From the NCBI GenBank assembly GCA_964452145.1, contig CAYVLA010000001.1, forward strand, positions 32,001-96,000: a stretch of DNA of 64,000 bases, read 5' to 3'. Made by a program: the position numbers and the translations under genes. Numbering within the stretch: the first letter of the stretch is position 1; each line of letters opens with the position of its first letter. Source of the stretch: Candidatus Hadarchaeota archaeon. GTDB lineage: Archaea; CAYQAE01; CAYVLA01. The notes beneath the pieces are model-generated. The model saw only the letters and a list, made by a program, of their open reading frames with translations. It had not been told where the DNA came from and ran no database searches. This document shows, piece by piece, positions 47,284 to 56,564 of the stretch.

Positions 47284-47928
47284 TCACTTGAAGACCTGAC
47301 CCGTCCTGCAACTCCACATCACCAGATCGAGGGCATCGGATGGGATGTTCAGTCGATTGGCATACGAAAGGAATTCCTGTTCGATCTGCAGGTACGTCTT
47401 GCGGCTGAGGGTAGTCGGTATCTCTGGGATCACTCCGGCGTCGGCAAGCGTCCTAAGGACGTGCCTGTCCAGAATCGCAAGCCCTTCGTAGCCGATGTTC
47501 CTCAGGAAATGGCTTGCCTCCTTGTAGCCCAGTCCCTTGATGCTCGTAACGACCTTCTCTCTTGCCTTTCCTGCATCATCGGACAGAAGCTCGGCAAGGA
47601 TGAGAACGGGTTTCTCGGCCATGAATTTGCTCCTCGCCTCCACGATATATCTTGACTTGTTGTCGGCATAAAGAATGCCGCATCCTGAGATGATCTGGGC
47701 CAGCAGTTCCCTCGGGGCTTCGTAAAGAGCATTGGTGCGAACCATGTGGCTGATTGCTCGATCTGCTGCAAGGGCCGAGCTCTGCGGCGTGAGTAGGCAG
47801 AAACAGAGCTCCTCGAACACCCGCTTGGTTCCCATCCCTCGGATTCTCTCGAATTCGCGGAGGCGGGACTTGATCTCCTCGCGCTTCCTGTCCCACCACT
47901 GGATGAGAAGTGCATCGACCTGACTCAT
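47284..47928 (-). CDS. ogg: 8-oxoguanine DNA glycosylase/AP lyase (Ogg2 type)
   Basis: ELCFCLLTPQS, GLGYKEASHFLRN, ILDRHV, terminal GQVFK. Confidence 0.94.
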   Translation of the reverse strand: MSQVDALLIQWWDRKREEIKSRLREFERIRGMGTKRVFEELCFCLLTPQSSALAADRAISHMVRTNALYEAPRELLAQIISGCGILYADNKSRYIVEARSKFMAEKPVLILAELLSDDAGKAREKVVTSIKGLGYKEASHFLRNIGYEGLAILDRHVLRTLADAGVIPEIPTTLSRKTYLQIEQEFLSYANRLNIPSDALDLVMWSCRTGQVFK

Positions 47929-47935
47929 GGATACA

Positions 47936-48535
47936 TCACGTGAACATGTGCTTCGGCAAGTGGGACACGTCATTGCCTCTGTAGAGCTTTGCTCTGCCTG
48001 GTCCCAGATGGAGGATCGATATGCAGCAGTTGTGCTGGCTGAAACGTGTGTATCCGCAGGGGGGTGCCCCAAGAAAGGTGCTCATGAGGACCGCACCGAA
48101 GGTTCCATGGCCGACGGCTCCGATCCGGCGATCGGTCTCGTCACCAAGAGACCTCAACCTCTCGGAAAGCCGGGCCGCCCTCCGGTATAGGGTCTGCTCG
48201 TCCTCCTGTGCTGGCCACCATCTCTCCGGGATGTCAATGACCAAATGCGGGAAGCGGCGAGCGAGGATCGAAGCCGGAGTCGCTTCAGATCCGTCCCAAG
48301 CCTCCACCAGGTCGGCCCATACCAAGGGTTTCAGCCCGATCTTCCCGCCGACTATCTCGGCCGTTTCCAGGGCCCGCAGGAGCGGGCTGGAAAGGAGCAT
48401 TTCGATCCCTTCATCGCGCAACCGTTCCCCAGCCAGCTCGGCTTGGAGCCGCCCCATATCGGAGAGCTGGGGGTCTGATGCAGCGGCTGGACCCTGCCTT
48501 TGCGATTGGCCATGCCTAATCAGGTAAACGATCAA
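47936..48535 (-). CDS. Histidine phosphatase family protein
   Basis: LIRHGQS, SSPLLRALETA, VGHG, NCCIS. Confidence 0.9.
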   Translation of the reverse strand: MIVYLIRHGQSQRQGPAAASDPQLSDMGRLQAELAGERLRDEGIEMLLSSPLLRALETAEIVGGKIGLKPLVWADLVEAWDGSEATPASILARRFPHLVIDIPERWWPAQEDEQTLYRRAARLSERLRSLGDETDRRIGAVGHGTFGAVLMSTFLGAPPCGYTRFSQHNCCISILHLGPGRAKLYRGNDVSHLPKHMFT

Positions 48536-48676
48536 GAGAGATCTGGTCTGCCTGGCCCAAGCGTTTTCCTGATAAATGTGTCGAGGCGTCCTCTTGGGGT
48601 CCGGACCGCAAGCCCACCGTCGGCGAACGGAGACAGATAAAAGCCTCATGAGCTCCGGCCGAAAGGAGTTGTCCTC

Positions 48677-49945
48677 ATGAAACCCAGGCTAGGTGATCCT
48701 GCAATCATCGTAAGGAGACACGAATCTTGGAGAGCTGGGTGCATCAACCTGATACCATCGGAGAACGTCATGAGCGACGCTGCCAGGGGCCTCCTTGCAT
48801 GCGACATGGGGCATAGGTACTCCCTGCCGCGAATCAAAGAGATGGATGACAGGCCCGTCGAGAACGCCTATCGCGGAACGAGGTACCTTGACGAGGTTGA
48901 ATCGCTTGCCATCGATCTGGCTTGCAGGGTGTTCCGGTGCAAACATGCCTGTGTGAGGCCTATATCTGGCCACATATCGGCGCTCATTGCGTTGAGTTCC
49001 GTCTGTTCAAGGGGAGATTCCATCATGGCCGTGGAGTTCTCGGACGGGGGTTATCCGGGATATGCCGGGAACGAAATGGCCGGGATGCTGGGCCTTGATG
49101 CGCATGGCCTGCCCTTTGACGATAAGGCGTGCGACCTGGCCTACGACGCCGCTTCCGAGGAGATAGTACGGTGCCGTCCCCGCGCGGTGGTCCTTGGCGC
49201 CTCCAAAATGCTCTTTCCTCCTGACGTGAAGAGAATGCGGGAAGCCTGCGATGAGACTGACTCAAAGCTGATCTACGATGCATCTCATGTGCTGGGTCTC
49301 TTGGCTGGCGGTCGCTTCGGCCGGCCGCTGAGGGAAGGTGCTGACATGGTTTTCGGTAGCACTCACAAGACCTTCTTCGGTCCTCAGGGAGGCATCATGC
49401 TCACCGATGATCTCGACATGTTCTCGCATATCGAGCGCAACCTCCACTGGAAAACGATCGACAATGCCCACTGGAATAGGATCGCCGCCTTGGCCCAAGC
49501 GCTTCTGGAGATGAGGCGATTTGGCGAGGCTTACGCCGAGATGATCGTCCAGAATGCGAAGCGTCTGGCCCGGGCCCTCGACGAAGGTGGCCTGCCGGTA
49601 CAGTGCAGGGAAAAGGACTACACGGAGTCCCATCAGGTGGGCCTGAATGGCCCGGAGGTGGCTCGGAGTCTGGGCAGCGGAAGTTTCCAGGAGATCGCCA
49701 AGAGACTGGAGGAGGCTGACATCATAATCGACTGCGTGGGCCGGCTCGGCACCCCGGAGGTAACTCGTCTGGGAATGGTGGGCGAAGAGATGGAAGAGAT
49801 AGCGGATCTGATAATCCGTGCCCTTGCACAGAGGGAGAGCCTGCGACGTATCAGAACGGAGGTTCACCTCCTGCGATCCAGATTCCCGCGGCCCAAGTTC
49901 TGTTTCGAGCCAAAAAGGACTAGATTGCGCAGCGGATCAGGCTAG
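48677..49945 (+). CDS. glyA: Serine hydroxymethyltransferase (archaeal type)
   Basis: NLIPSEN, YRGTRY, YDASHVLGL, GSTHKTFFGPQGG, TESHQV, RLGTPEVTRLGM. Confidence 0.93.
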   Translation: MKPRLGDPAIIVRRHESWRAGCINLIPSENVMSDAARGLLACDMGHRYSLPRIKEMDDRPVENAYRGTRYLDEVESLAIDLACRVFRCKHACVRPISGHISALIALSSVCSRGDSIMAVEFSDGGYPGYAGNEMAGMLGLDAHGLPFDDKACDLAYDAASEEIVRCRPRAVVLGASKMLFPPDVKRMREACDETDSKLIYDASHVLGLLAGGRFGRPLREGADMVFGSTHKTFFGPQGGIMLTDDLDMFSHIERNLHWKTIDNAHWNRIAALAQALLEMRRFGEAYAEMIVQNAKRLARALDEGGLPVQCREKDYTESHQVGLNGPEVARSLGSGSFQEIAKRLEEADIIIDCVGRLGTPEVTRLGMVGEEMEEIADLIIRALAQRESLRRIRTEVHLLRSRFPRPKFCFEPKRTRLRSGSG

Positions 49946-51300
49946 AGGGGATATCCACCCCTCATCATCTTCTTCATCGCCCGTCCCCGGAATCTGCGAC
50001 TTCTGCCAAGGCCCTTCATCATCTTCTTCATGGTGTCGTACTGCTTGAGGAGTTCTCGCACCTCTTGCTCGCTGGAACCAGATCCCCTGGCGATCCTGTG
50101 TATCCTGCCGCTATTCAGGATCTTGGGGTTCCTCAACTCCTCCCTGCTCATCGAGTTCATGATGATCTTGAACTTCTGCAGCTTCTCTTCGCCCACTTTG
50201 ACTGCCTCGTCTGGGAGCGTATAGCCCATGCCCGGGATCATCTGCAGTATCTTCTTGAAGGGCCCCATTCCCTGAAGCATCTCAAGCTGCTTGTACATGT
50301 CCTCCAAGCTGAACTTGCCTTCGAGAAATTTGTACACTGACTCCTCCGTGATCTCCTCCTGACGAGTCGCTTCCTCGAACTTCGATATGAGCGACGCTAT
50401 GTCACCCATTCCCAGAAGTCTGCCGACAAAGGCCTTAGGATCGAAGGGTTCCAGGTCTTCTATGGTCTCGCCGACCCCAAGGAACTTGATTGGGGCTCCG
50501 GTTTCGGCGCAGGCGGATAGAGCCCCTCCCCCCTTTGCGCTGCCGTCGAGTTTGGTGACAAGTATCGACCCGATATCCGTGGCCTGCTTGAAGGCGCTGG
50601 CTTGGGACCTTGCTTGCTGGCCCAGAGTCGCATCTATCACCAGTATGATCTCATGGGGCCTTATGGCTTGTGCTATCTCCTGCATTTCCTTGATGAGGCC
50701 GGTCTCCTCCTTGTGTCGGCCCGCCGTATCCACGAGTATGAGGTCATATTGCTTCTCGGAGAAGAACTTGACACCCGATCGGGCAAGATGCGCCGCGTCC
50801 TTTTGCGTCGCGTCGCCAAGAACCGGTATGCCGTGGCCTTCAGCCAACATCTCCAGCTGCTTGAGCGCCGCCGGCCTCCAGGTGTCCGAGCAGACTATGG
50901 CGGTCTTCCTTCCCCTCTTCTGGAAGTATCTCGCGAGCTTCGCCGTGGTAGTCGTCTTGCCCGACCCCTGGATCCCGACCAGCATAACGACTGTGCTCTG
51001 ACGTCCCGCGGCGAATGCAAGGCCCTTCGCCTCCCTCCCCAGGAAGTCTGCGAGCTCCTCGTAGACGATGTTCACGACGTGATGCCTCTTGGTGATCCCG
51101 GGGGGAGGCTGCTCCCCAAGCGCTCGCTGCTCGATTCTCTTGGTCAACTGCCCCACGAGCTGGACGTTGACATCGGCCAGAAGCAGCGCTCGTTGTATGT
51201 CCTGTTTCAGCTGGCGGACCGTTTCGGCGTCGATACTTGCGGAGCCCGTGAGCTTCGCCAGGGCATTGTGAAGTGACCTTCCGAGACTATCAAGAACCAC
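49942..51300 (-). CDS. srp54: Signal recognition particle 54 kDa protein
   Basis: GIQGSGKTTT, DTAGRH, TKLDGSAKGGGALS, RLLGMGD, RIARGSG. Confidence 0.97.
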   Translation of the reverse strand: MVLDSLGRSLHNALAKLTGSASIDAETVRQLKQDIQRALLLADVNVQLVGQLTKRIEQRALGEQPPPGITKRHHVVNIVYEELADFLGREAKGLAFAAGRQSTVVMLVGIQGSGKTTTTAKLARYFQKRGRKTAIVCSDTWRPAALKQLEMLAEGHGIPVLGDATQKDAAHLARSGVKFFSEKQYDLILVDTAGRHKEETGLIKEMQEIAQAIRPHEIILVIDATLGQQARSQASAFKQATDIGSILVTKLDGSAKGGGALSACAETGAPIKFLGVGETIEDLEPFDPKAFVGRLLGMGDIASLISKFEEATRQEEITEESVYKFLEGKFSLEDMYKQLEMLQGMGPFKKILQMIPGMGYTLPDEAVKVGEEKLQKFKIIMNSMSREELRNPKILNSGRIHRIARGSGSSEQEVRELLKQYDTMKKMMKGLGRSRRFRGRAMKKMMRGGYPL

Positions 51301-51545
51301 TGTCCATCAACACGTCTTGCCCGAGCCATCGCGAGAATAGCTTGAAAACTTTTCCCCGTCAGTCCTGTCCTGTCCGTCCCCCTCGGCTGTCTGGTGGCCT
51401 ATCGAAGGACCCGCACTCATGCCGACCGGTCGCGAGTGGGGGCCAGTCCACCCTTCCGGAATTGCGTAGAAATCACGGGTACCGGGACCTGAACATGCCA
51501 ATCTTGCCGGTCCGCTCACTTCTCCTAGGTGACGGTCTGTTTGTC

Positions 51546-51743
51546 CTAGTAGTAGGTCTTTCTGGATTGAACGGCCTGATTTATCTTTCGATCCACCTCC
51601 CGGATCATCTGGGAGGCAACGACGTCGAAGTTCTCTCGGACGATCTGGATCACCAGGTTCTTGAAGAGTGGGTCGACCCTCATCTTTGCAAGAATGTTGC
51701 GATAGTCCTGTTCCGTGACGGGCAAGTTCGCGAACCACCACAC
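51546..51743 (-). CDS. Small hypothetical protein
   Basis: 65-aa ORF, amphipathic helical, preceded by AT-rich CTTATATG promoter-like element near 51775-51783. Confidence 0.5.
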   Translation of the reverse strand: MWWFANLPVTEQDYRNILAKMRVDPLFKNLVIQIVRENFDVVASQMIREVDRKINQAVQSRKTYY

Positions 51744-51822
51744 GAAACTTCGGTGGGAACGGTGGGCTCAGGATCATATAAGTCTTTTTGCGGGCATGAC
51801 GATGAGCGGCCCACGACCGCTG

Positions 51823-52731
51823 CTACCCGTCCTTGAATAGTAGATCCACCAACCACTCCGATGAAAACTCCTGGAGGTCCCCGTATCCCTGGCCGACGCC
51901 GAGGTAGAGGATTGGCTTGTGTGTGGTGTATGCAACCGAGACGGCTGCACCCCCCTTCGCGTCGGCATCCGCCTTGGTCAGGATAACCCCGGTGATGTTG
52001 CATGCATCGTTAAACTCCTTCACCTGCTGGATGATATCATTCCCGGCAAGGGCGTCACCGACGAAGATCACACAATCCGGGTGGTTGACACGCACCACCT
52101 TCCGCATCTCGTCCATGAGATTGATGTTCGTGTGAACCCTGCCGGCAGTATCGGCCAGGACGACGTCCATGCCCTTTGACTTCGCATGCAGCACCGCGTC
52201 GTAGACGACGGCCGCGCTGTCGGAACCCCTCTTCTGCTTCACCATCTTGACGTTGAGTCTGTCGGCATGATACTCTAGTTGCTCTATCGCCGCGGCCCGG
52301 TACGTATCGCTTGCTGCGATGACGCAGCTGAAACCCTTGTCCATGAGGAGCCTGGCGATCTTGGCTATCGTCGTGGTCTTGCCCGTACCATTGTAGCCCA
52401 CGAAGAGGATGAGGAAAGGCCGGCCTTCCTTCTTGGCCCGCTCGGCCTCTCCGAGCAGGGAGTATGTCTGCGTACCGAGGACCTCCCTGATCGCCGATCG
52501 TACGGATTCTCTAGCGACCATCGGCACGTTTGTGGTAGGCGTATAGCTTCTGCCCGTCAGAGCTTCCCTAGTCTCCTGAATGATGCGGTCGGCAACGTCC
52601 AAAGCAACGTCGCTTTCAAGCAGGCCGGTCTCCAGGTCCGACAGTATGTCATCTATGTCCTTCTCGCTCAGTGCCCGCCCCGTCAGCTGCTTCGTGAATC
52701 TGGATACTCGTGTCCGCAGTCTCTCGAACAA
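51823..52731 (-). CDS. ftsY: SRP receptor FtsY
   Basis: GYNGTGKTTTIAK, DTYRAAAIEQL, DTAGR, TKADADAKGG, GQGYGDL. Confidence 0.97.
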   Translation of the reverse strand: MFERLRTRVSRFTKQLTGRALSEKDIDDILSDLETGLLESDVALDVADRIIQETREALTGRSYTPTTNVPMVARESVRSAIREVLGTQTYSLLGEAERAKKEGRPFLILFVGYNGTGKTTTIAKIARLLMDKGFSCVIAASDTYRAAAIEQLEYHADRLNVKMVKQKRGSDSAAVVYDAVLHAKSKGMDVVLADTAGRVHTNINLMDEMRKVVRVNHPDCVIFVGDALAGNDIIQQVKEFNDACNITGVILTKADADAKGGAAVSVAYTTHKPILYLGVGQGYGDLQEFSSEWLVDLLFKDG

Positions 52732-52753
52732 TCTCCCACCCAGTGAGATGGGC

Positions 52754-53200
52754 TCATGTCGCAGCCTGGCTCTCGGAGAGCTCCTTGTAGAGTTGCTGCC
52801 AGCGTGGCACAGATTGATCCAATCGCCCCGATATCTCCTCGATCGCTTCCCTAGTCTTCTTGATGACCGATTCCAGCTGCTGGGCCCTCATGTCAACTAC
52901 TGCCTTGGCCTCATCGACGTCCTTATCGACGGAGAAGCCAGATCCAACCCCAATGAGCACCCTGTCGTTCTGCTTCAGTATGGCCTTCACGAAGGAACCC
53001 GTACCAAGTGGTATCAGGACCTCCCGGCCCACGTCGGTCTTCTTCAGCTGTTCCAGCGTCTCGAGAGTCTGCCTCGTCTCCGAGAGGGACACCGCGAGGA
53101 TCTCGAGGTTCTGGTTGTGGGCATTCACTTGGCTCTGAAGAAGTTCGATCTCGTTCGCTAGTCGACTCAGCTCCTGTTGCTTCTCCTCCACTTCACTCAC
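52754..53200 (-). CDS. pfdA: Prefoldin subunit alpha
   Basis: Coiled coils flanking VLIPLGTGSFV...VLIGVGSG hairpins; conserved operon position. Confidence 0.95.
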   Translation of the reverse strand: MSEVEEKQQELSRLANEIELLQSQVNAHNQNLEILAVSLSETRQTLETLEQLKKTDVGREVLIPLGTGSFVKAILKQNDRVLIGVGSGFSVDKDVDEAKAVVDMRAQQLESVIKKTREAIEEISGRLDQSVPRWQQLYKELSESQAAT

Positions 53201-53432
53201 CCGCCATGTATCTGACCACCGGGTCCTTCGCCTCCTCGGGAGGTATCTCCTCGATGTTCTCTATCACGATCCGGTTCCGCTTAACCCTGTGTTTGCTGCC
53301 GAACTCCGAGTATACCTTCTCCCTTGCATCCTCGGGCTTCATCGACATCGTCTCGATCGCGAAGGGTTGCATGTGGTCCCGGCACAGGAACTTCCCCTTT
53401 ACCCGGTAGATCTTAGGAGTTGTGTCGCCCAT
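53193..53432 (-). CDS. rpl18a: 50S ribosomal protein L18Ae/LX
   Basis: YRVKG, AREKVYSEFGSKHRVKRNRI. Confidence 0.95.
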   Translation of the reverse strand: MGDTTPKIYRVKGKFLCRDHMQPFAIETMSMKPEDAREKVYSEFGSKHRVKRNRIVIENIEEIPPEEAKDPVVRYMAGE

Positions 53433-53436
53433 CTGA

Positions 53437-54111
53437 TCACCATGTTGTGCCTTCAAAAGCTTCTTGTATCATTCCCATTTCTATGCCAGTTGTGGGAATC
53501 CCTGCCACCACTCCCTTGGAGTTGGCCAGAATGCAGGTTCCCACGTATTCAACGCCCAGGTTGGCAGTGCCTCTCTGTGCCTCGACCTGGAGGGTCTCAT
53601 TGATTAGTTTGACCTCCTCGTCCGCGGCGTTGGGTGAAACGATGGCCCCGGAGTTCGTGGCACAGCACAGCGACCCTACGATGCCCAGGTTGCTGATGGT
53701 GCCCTTCCTCACCTCCACCTCCAGGGCCCTGGAGATGGCCCGGACCTCAGCAGTTCCGTAGACTCGCGCCACAACCGCTCCCCTGTCATTTGCGAGGATG
53801 AGGTTCCCCAGGGCGTTGTACTTAGTATCAAGCATGCTTGGCTCCTTGTTCAAGGCTGCCGATATGGTCTCGACCTCGTGCCGCGTCATGTCCATGGGCA
53901 GCAGGATTCCGTTCGAATTCGCTGCAACCATGGTGCCGATCAGTTCCGTACCACCTACCGTTGCCTCAACCGGCATGGCGCCGAGAACCCGGGACATCTC
54001 CTTGACCATCTTGGCCGGGGCACCCGGGGGTATCAACAGATGCGAATCCGTGGCGCAGGCAAAGATGCCTAGATAGGGGTTTCCGTTGAGATGTCCTCTC
54101 ATGTAATGCAT
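53437..54111 (-). CDS. eif6: Translation initiation factor 6 (aIF6)
   Basis: GNPYLGIF, ANSNG, ALGNLILAND, GTAN, ANSKG, TTGIE. Confidence 0.96.
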   Translation of the reverse strand: MHYMRGHLNGNPYLGIFACATDSHLLIPPGAPAKMVKEMSRVLGAMPVEATVGGTELIGTMVAANSNGILLPMDMTRHEVETISAALNKEPSMLDTKYNALGNLILANDRGAVVARVYGTAEVRAISRALEVEVRKGTISNLGIVGSLCCATNSGAIVSPNAADEEVKLINETLQVEAQRGTANLGVEYVGTCILANSKGVVAGIPTTGIEMGMIQEAFEGTTW

Positions 54112-54119
54112 CGAGGCAC

Positions 54120-54392
54120 CTATTCCGCTAGGGAAACCCTGAAGACGGCTTCCTCCTCTTCCTCTTCCTTCTCCTCTTCCTCTGTCACCTTCACCCGGAT
54201 CCTGGATGGGATGTGCTCAATGCCCCTCTGCCAGATCTTGTTATTCACCGACTCGTCGATTATGAAGGCATCGGTCTTAAGGTGTCGCTCTAGGAAGGCT
54301 CGCAGCTCCCTCATGGCGGTTGGTGCCCTTCTGTACGCAGCCTTCTTCTTCGCGTTCCTCAGTGGAACCACGTAGATTCTCTCTTCGGGCAT
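54120..54392 (-). CDS. rpl31e: 50S ribosomal protein L31e
   Basis: ERIYVVPLR, RRAPTAM, IWQRGIEHIPSRIRV. Confidence 0.96.
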   Translation of the reverse strand: MPEERIYVVPLRNAKKKAAYRRAPTAMRELRAFLERHLKTDAFIIDESVNNKIWQRGIEHIPSRIRVKVTEEEEKEEEEEEAVFRVSLAE

Positions 54393-54404
54393 GTCATCCG
54401 CCTC

Positions 54405-54560
54405 CTAGACTTTGAGTCTCCCCCTTCGCCAGAACCGCATCTTTGGGTGTCTTCTCACCCGTCTTGCGGTCTTCATGATCACCCAGACGGGCACCCTTCG
54501 AGTTCGGCGCTGAGCTTTCGCCAGCCTGGTCTTCTTGGGTCGGGATCTGTGCCTTGACAA
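54405..54560 (-). CDS. rpl39e: 50S ribosomal protein L39e (51 aa)
   Basis: Manually translated from [54 protein letters not shown]; missing from ORF track. Confidence 0.96.
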   Translation of the reverse strand: MSRHRSRPKKTRLAKAQRRTRRVPVWVIMKTARRVRRHPKMRFWRRGRLKV

Positions 54561-54569
54561 TGAACCATC

Positions 54570-54905
54570 TCACATCCGTCTTATCCTTGTCGTCCGCGAC
54601 CGTTGCTGGGCGAGCTGGCGAAGGATCTCTTTCAACTGAGCATCGGTCACCTTGCCCCTCAGCTTTCCCGCCTGAGCCAAACCTATCAGCTGCATCTCGA
54701 TGGAGTCCACGTATTCCGGCCGTGACAGCCGAAGGTTGGTGAGCCTACTTCGTGCCTCTGGGGTCAGAATCGAACGCAGAACAAGCTGCTTCTGGATCTG
54801 CGCGTTCTGCTCTGCGCTCTGCCTGCCCTTCTCCTCCTCCAGTCTCTTCTGAAGCTCGGCGAGTTTCCTCTGCCTTATCTCGTCGATATCCTCCATCGAA
54901 CTCAC
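54570..54905 (-). CDS. PDCD5-like DNA-binding protein
   Basis: IRQRKLAELQ, ILTPEARSRL, QLIGLAQ, LKEIL; conserved position after S19e. Confidence 0.93.
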   Translation of the reverse strand: MSSMEDIDEIRQRKLAELQKRLEEEKGRQSAEQNAQIQKQLVLRSILTPEARSRLTNLRLSRPEYVDSIEMQLIGLAQAGKLRGKVTDAQLKEILRQLAQQRSRTTRIRRM

Positions 54906-55321
54906 CGTGCAGCGATCTCCCGAGCGAGACCATCCAGAAGCGACCTGCCCTTTGGGCTAATCACCCTGCCTTCCTTGTCGGTTCTCTCAACAAGACCCGC
55001 CGCCTCCAGTTGCTGGCAGATCCTCCTTTGTATGCTGCCGCTTCCCTTCGCGAAGTGTGGAGGCTTGGTTCCGACATCCTTTCTGCCGCCGTACTTGGTT
55101 CTGAGCCTCTCCACGCCAACGGGTCCGCCCTTGTATATGGTGCGAAGGATGGCTGCTGCCCTAGTGTGCCACCAGTTCGGATCATCCGGCAAACGTTCCT
55201 TGTGGACGCCGGTCTTCACATACGCCGCCCAGTCCGGAGGCTGGAGCTCAGGATAGCCACTGAGCTTCTCGGAAAGAAGCTTGATCAACGTATCTGGTTT
55301 GACGTCAAAAGCGGTGGTCAA
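54902..55321 (-). CDS. rps19e: 30S ribosomal protein S19e
   Basis: PDWAAYVKTGVHKERLP, WWHTRAAAILR, GSGSI, QLEAAG. Confidence 0.97.
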   Translation of the reverse strand: MTTAFDVKPDTLIKLLSEKLSGYPELQPPDWAAYVKTGVHKERLPDDPNWWHTRAAAILRTIYKGGPVGVERLRTKYGGRKDVGTKPPHFAKGSGSIQRRICQQLEAAGLVERTDKEGRVISPKGRSLLDGLAREIAAR

Positions 55322-55351
55322 GATGACCAGCCCAAGCACGAAGGTTGGCCT

Positions 55352-55669
55352 CTAGGGCCCCTTAGGCCTCCGAGCGGATTTATCTTTATATATCTTTCCT
55401 GTGGCACTCGGATGGGGCCTAAAGAGGCTTGCGGTGTTTCCTCGTTCCATCACAAGCTCGGAGAGCGTTTCTTTAGCCAATTGAGATATCATTTGGCCTT
55501 TTTTGCTTCTGTCCGAGTTGCGAAGGAACCTGACCTTGACGATCTCGTGGGCTTCGAGGAGACGATCCAGCTCCTGAATGACGCCCTGGTTCAGGTTCTC
55601 CCTACCGACCAGAAGAAGGGGCTTCAACCCCACTGCCTTCTTCCTCAGATCCCTCCGGGCAGCTCTCAA
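55352..55669 (-). CDS. YhbY/CRM-domain RNA-binding protein
   Basis: LRKKAVGLKP..VGR, LEAHEIVKV, RGNT. Confidence 0.88.
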   Translation of the reverse strand: MRAARRDLRKKAVGLKPLLLVGRENLNQGVIQELDRLLEAHEIVKVRFLRNSDRSKKGQMISQLAKETLSELVMERGNTASLFRPHPSATGKIYKDKSARRPKGP

Positions 55670-55679
55670 CTTTCCACAC

Positions 55680-56480
55680 CTAGATCAAGGCGTTCTGCAG
55701 GGCTCTTCTGCACGAGCAGGGCCGGTCATCGGAGATGCGCGGGATCACGTCGGCAAGAAGGCGTTTCACCTTGCCTATGTTCTCCCTCATCGTTCTAACC
55801 ACTTCCTCGTTGTCCACGGTTCTGCCGGTCATCCAGCAATCGTAGTCGGTAACCATGGCCATCGTTGCGTAGCACATCTGCGCCTCTCGGGCAAGAACGC
55901 ATTCCGGATACATGGTCATGCCGATTACAGAAGCCTGCCAGGACCGAAAGAGATTCGATTCGGCCCTAGTCGAGAACCGGGGTCCTTGAACGCACACATA
56001 CGTGCCGTTGAGGTGGAAGGGGAGGCCAAGAGCTTGGGCCCTCTCATTCAGTAACCCGTGCAGATAGGGGCATACCGGGTCGGCCGTCGAGACATGGCAG
56101 ACCTGTCCTCCGTCGTAGAAGGTGTCCTTTCTCCCGCTGGTTCGGTCTATGAACTGGTCCACGAAGACCAGATCCCCAGGGGCGCAGACTTCCTGTAGGC
56201 TGCCAACCGCTGCAGATGATAGGATGGTGCTCACGCCCAGCTCCCTGAGGGCCCAGATGTTGGCCCTGTAGTTAACCGCATGGGGCGGAATTGAGTGATG
56301 GCGACCATGTCTGGGCATGAAGGCAACCCGTTCTCCGTGGAATTCCCCGATCTGAACCAGATCTGAGGGAGCTCCATAGGGAGTGTAGATCTTCCTTTCG
56401 ACAACCTTGCCAAAGAGGGCGGGATCGTAGACGCCGGTCCCGCCGATGATTGCCATCCGGCAGGTCACGGAATCCGACAT
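55680..56480 (-). CDS. mtnP: S-methyl-5'-thioadenosine phosphorylase
   Basis: IIGGTG, TPYGAPS, RHG, NYRANIWAL, GPRFSTRAES, GMT, VTDYDCW. Confidence 0.94.
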   Translation of the reverse strand: MSDSVTCRMAIIGGTGVYDPALFGKVVERKIYTPYGAPSDLVQIGEFHGERVAFMPRHGRHHSIPPHAVNYRANIWALRELGVSTILSSAAVGSLQEVCAPGDLVFVDQFIDRTSGRKDTFYDGGQVCHVSTADPVCPYLHGLLNERAQALGLPFHLNGTYVCVQGPRFSTRAESNLFRSWQASVIGMTMYPECVLAREAQMCYATMAMVTDYDCWMTGRTVDNEEVVRTMRENIGKVKRLLADVIPRISDDRPCSCRRALQNALI

Positions 56481-56564
56481 ATGCTCACGAAGTCAACCAG
56501 CTCCAGCTACCTAAAATAGGTTTTCCGGAAGGGGACCAGCCCGGCCGAACATGCAGCAGAGTTC

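Noticed and set aside
51421..51480. CCGGAAGGG (minus strand) between ftsY and srp54 as SRP RNA helix 8
   Set aside because: The flanking CAGG...AGCA internal-loop motif is absent and no Alu domain is visible
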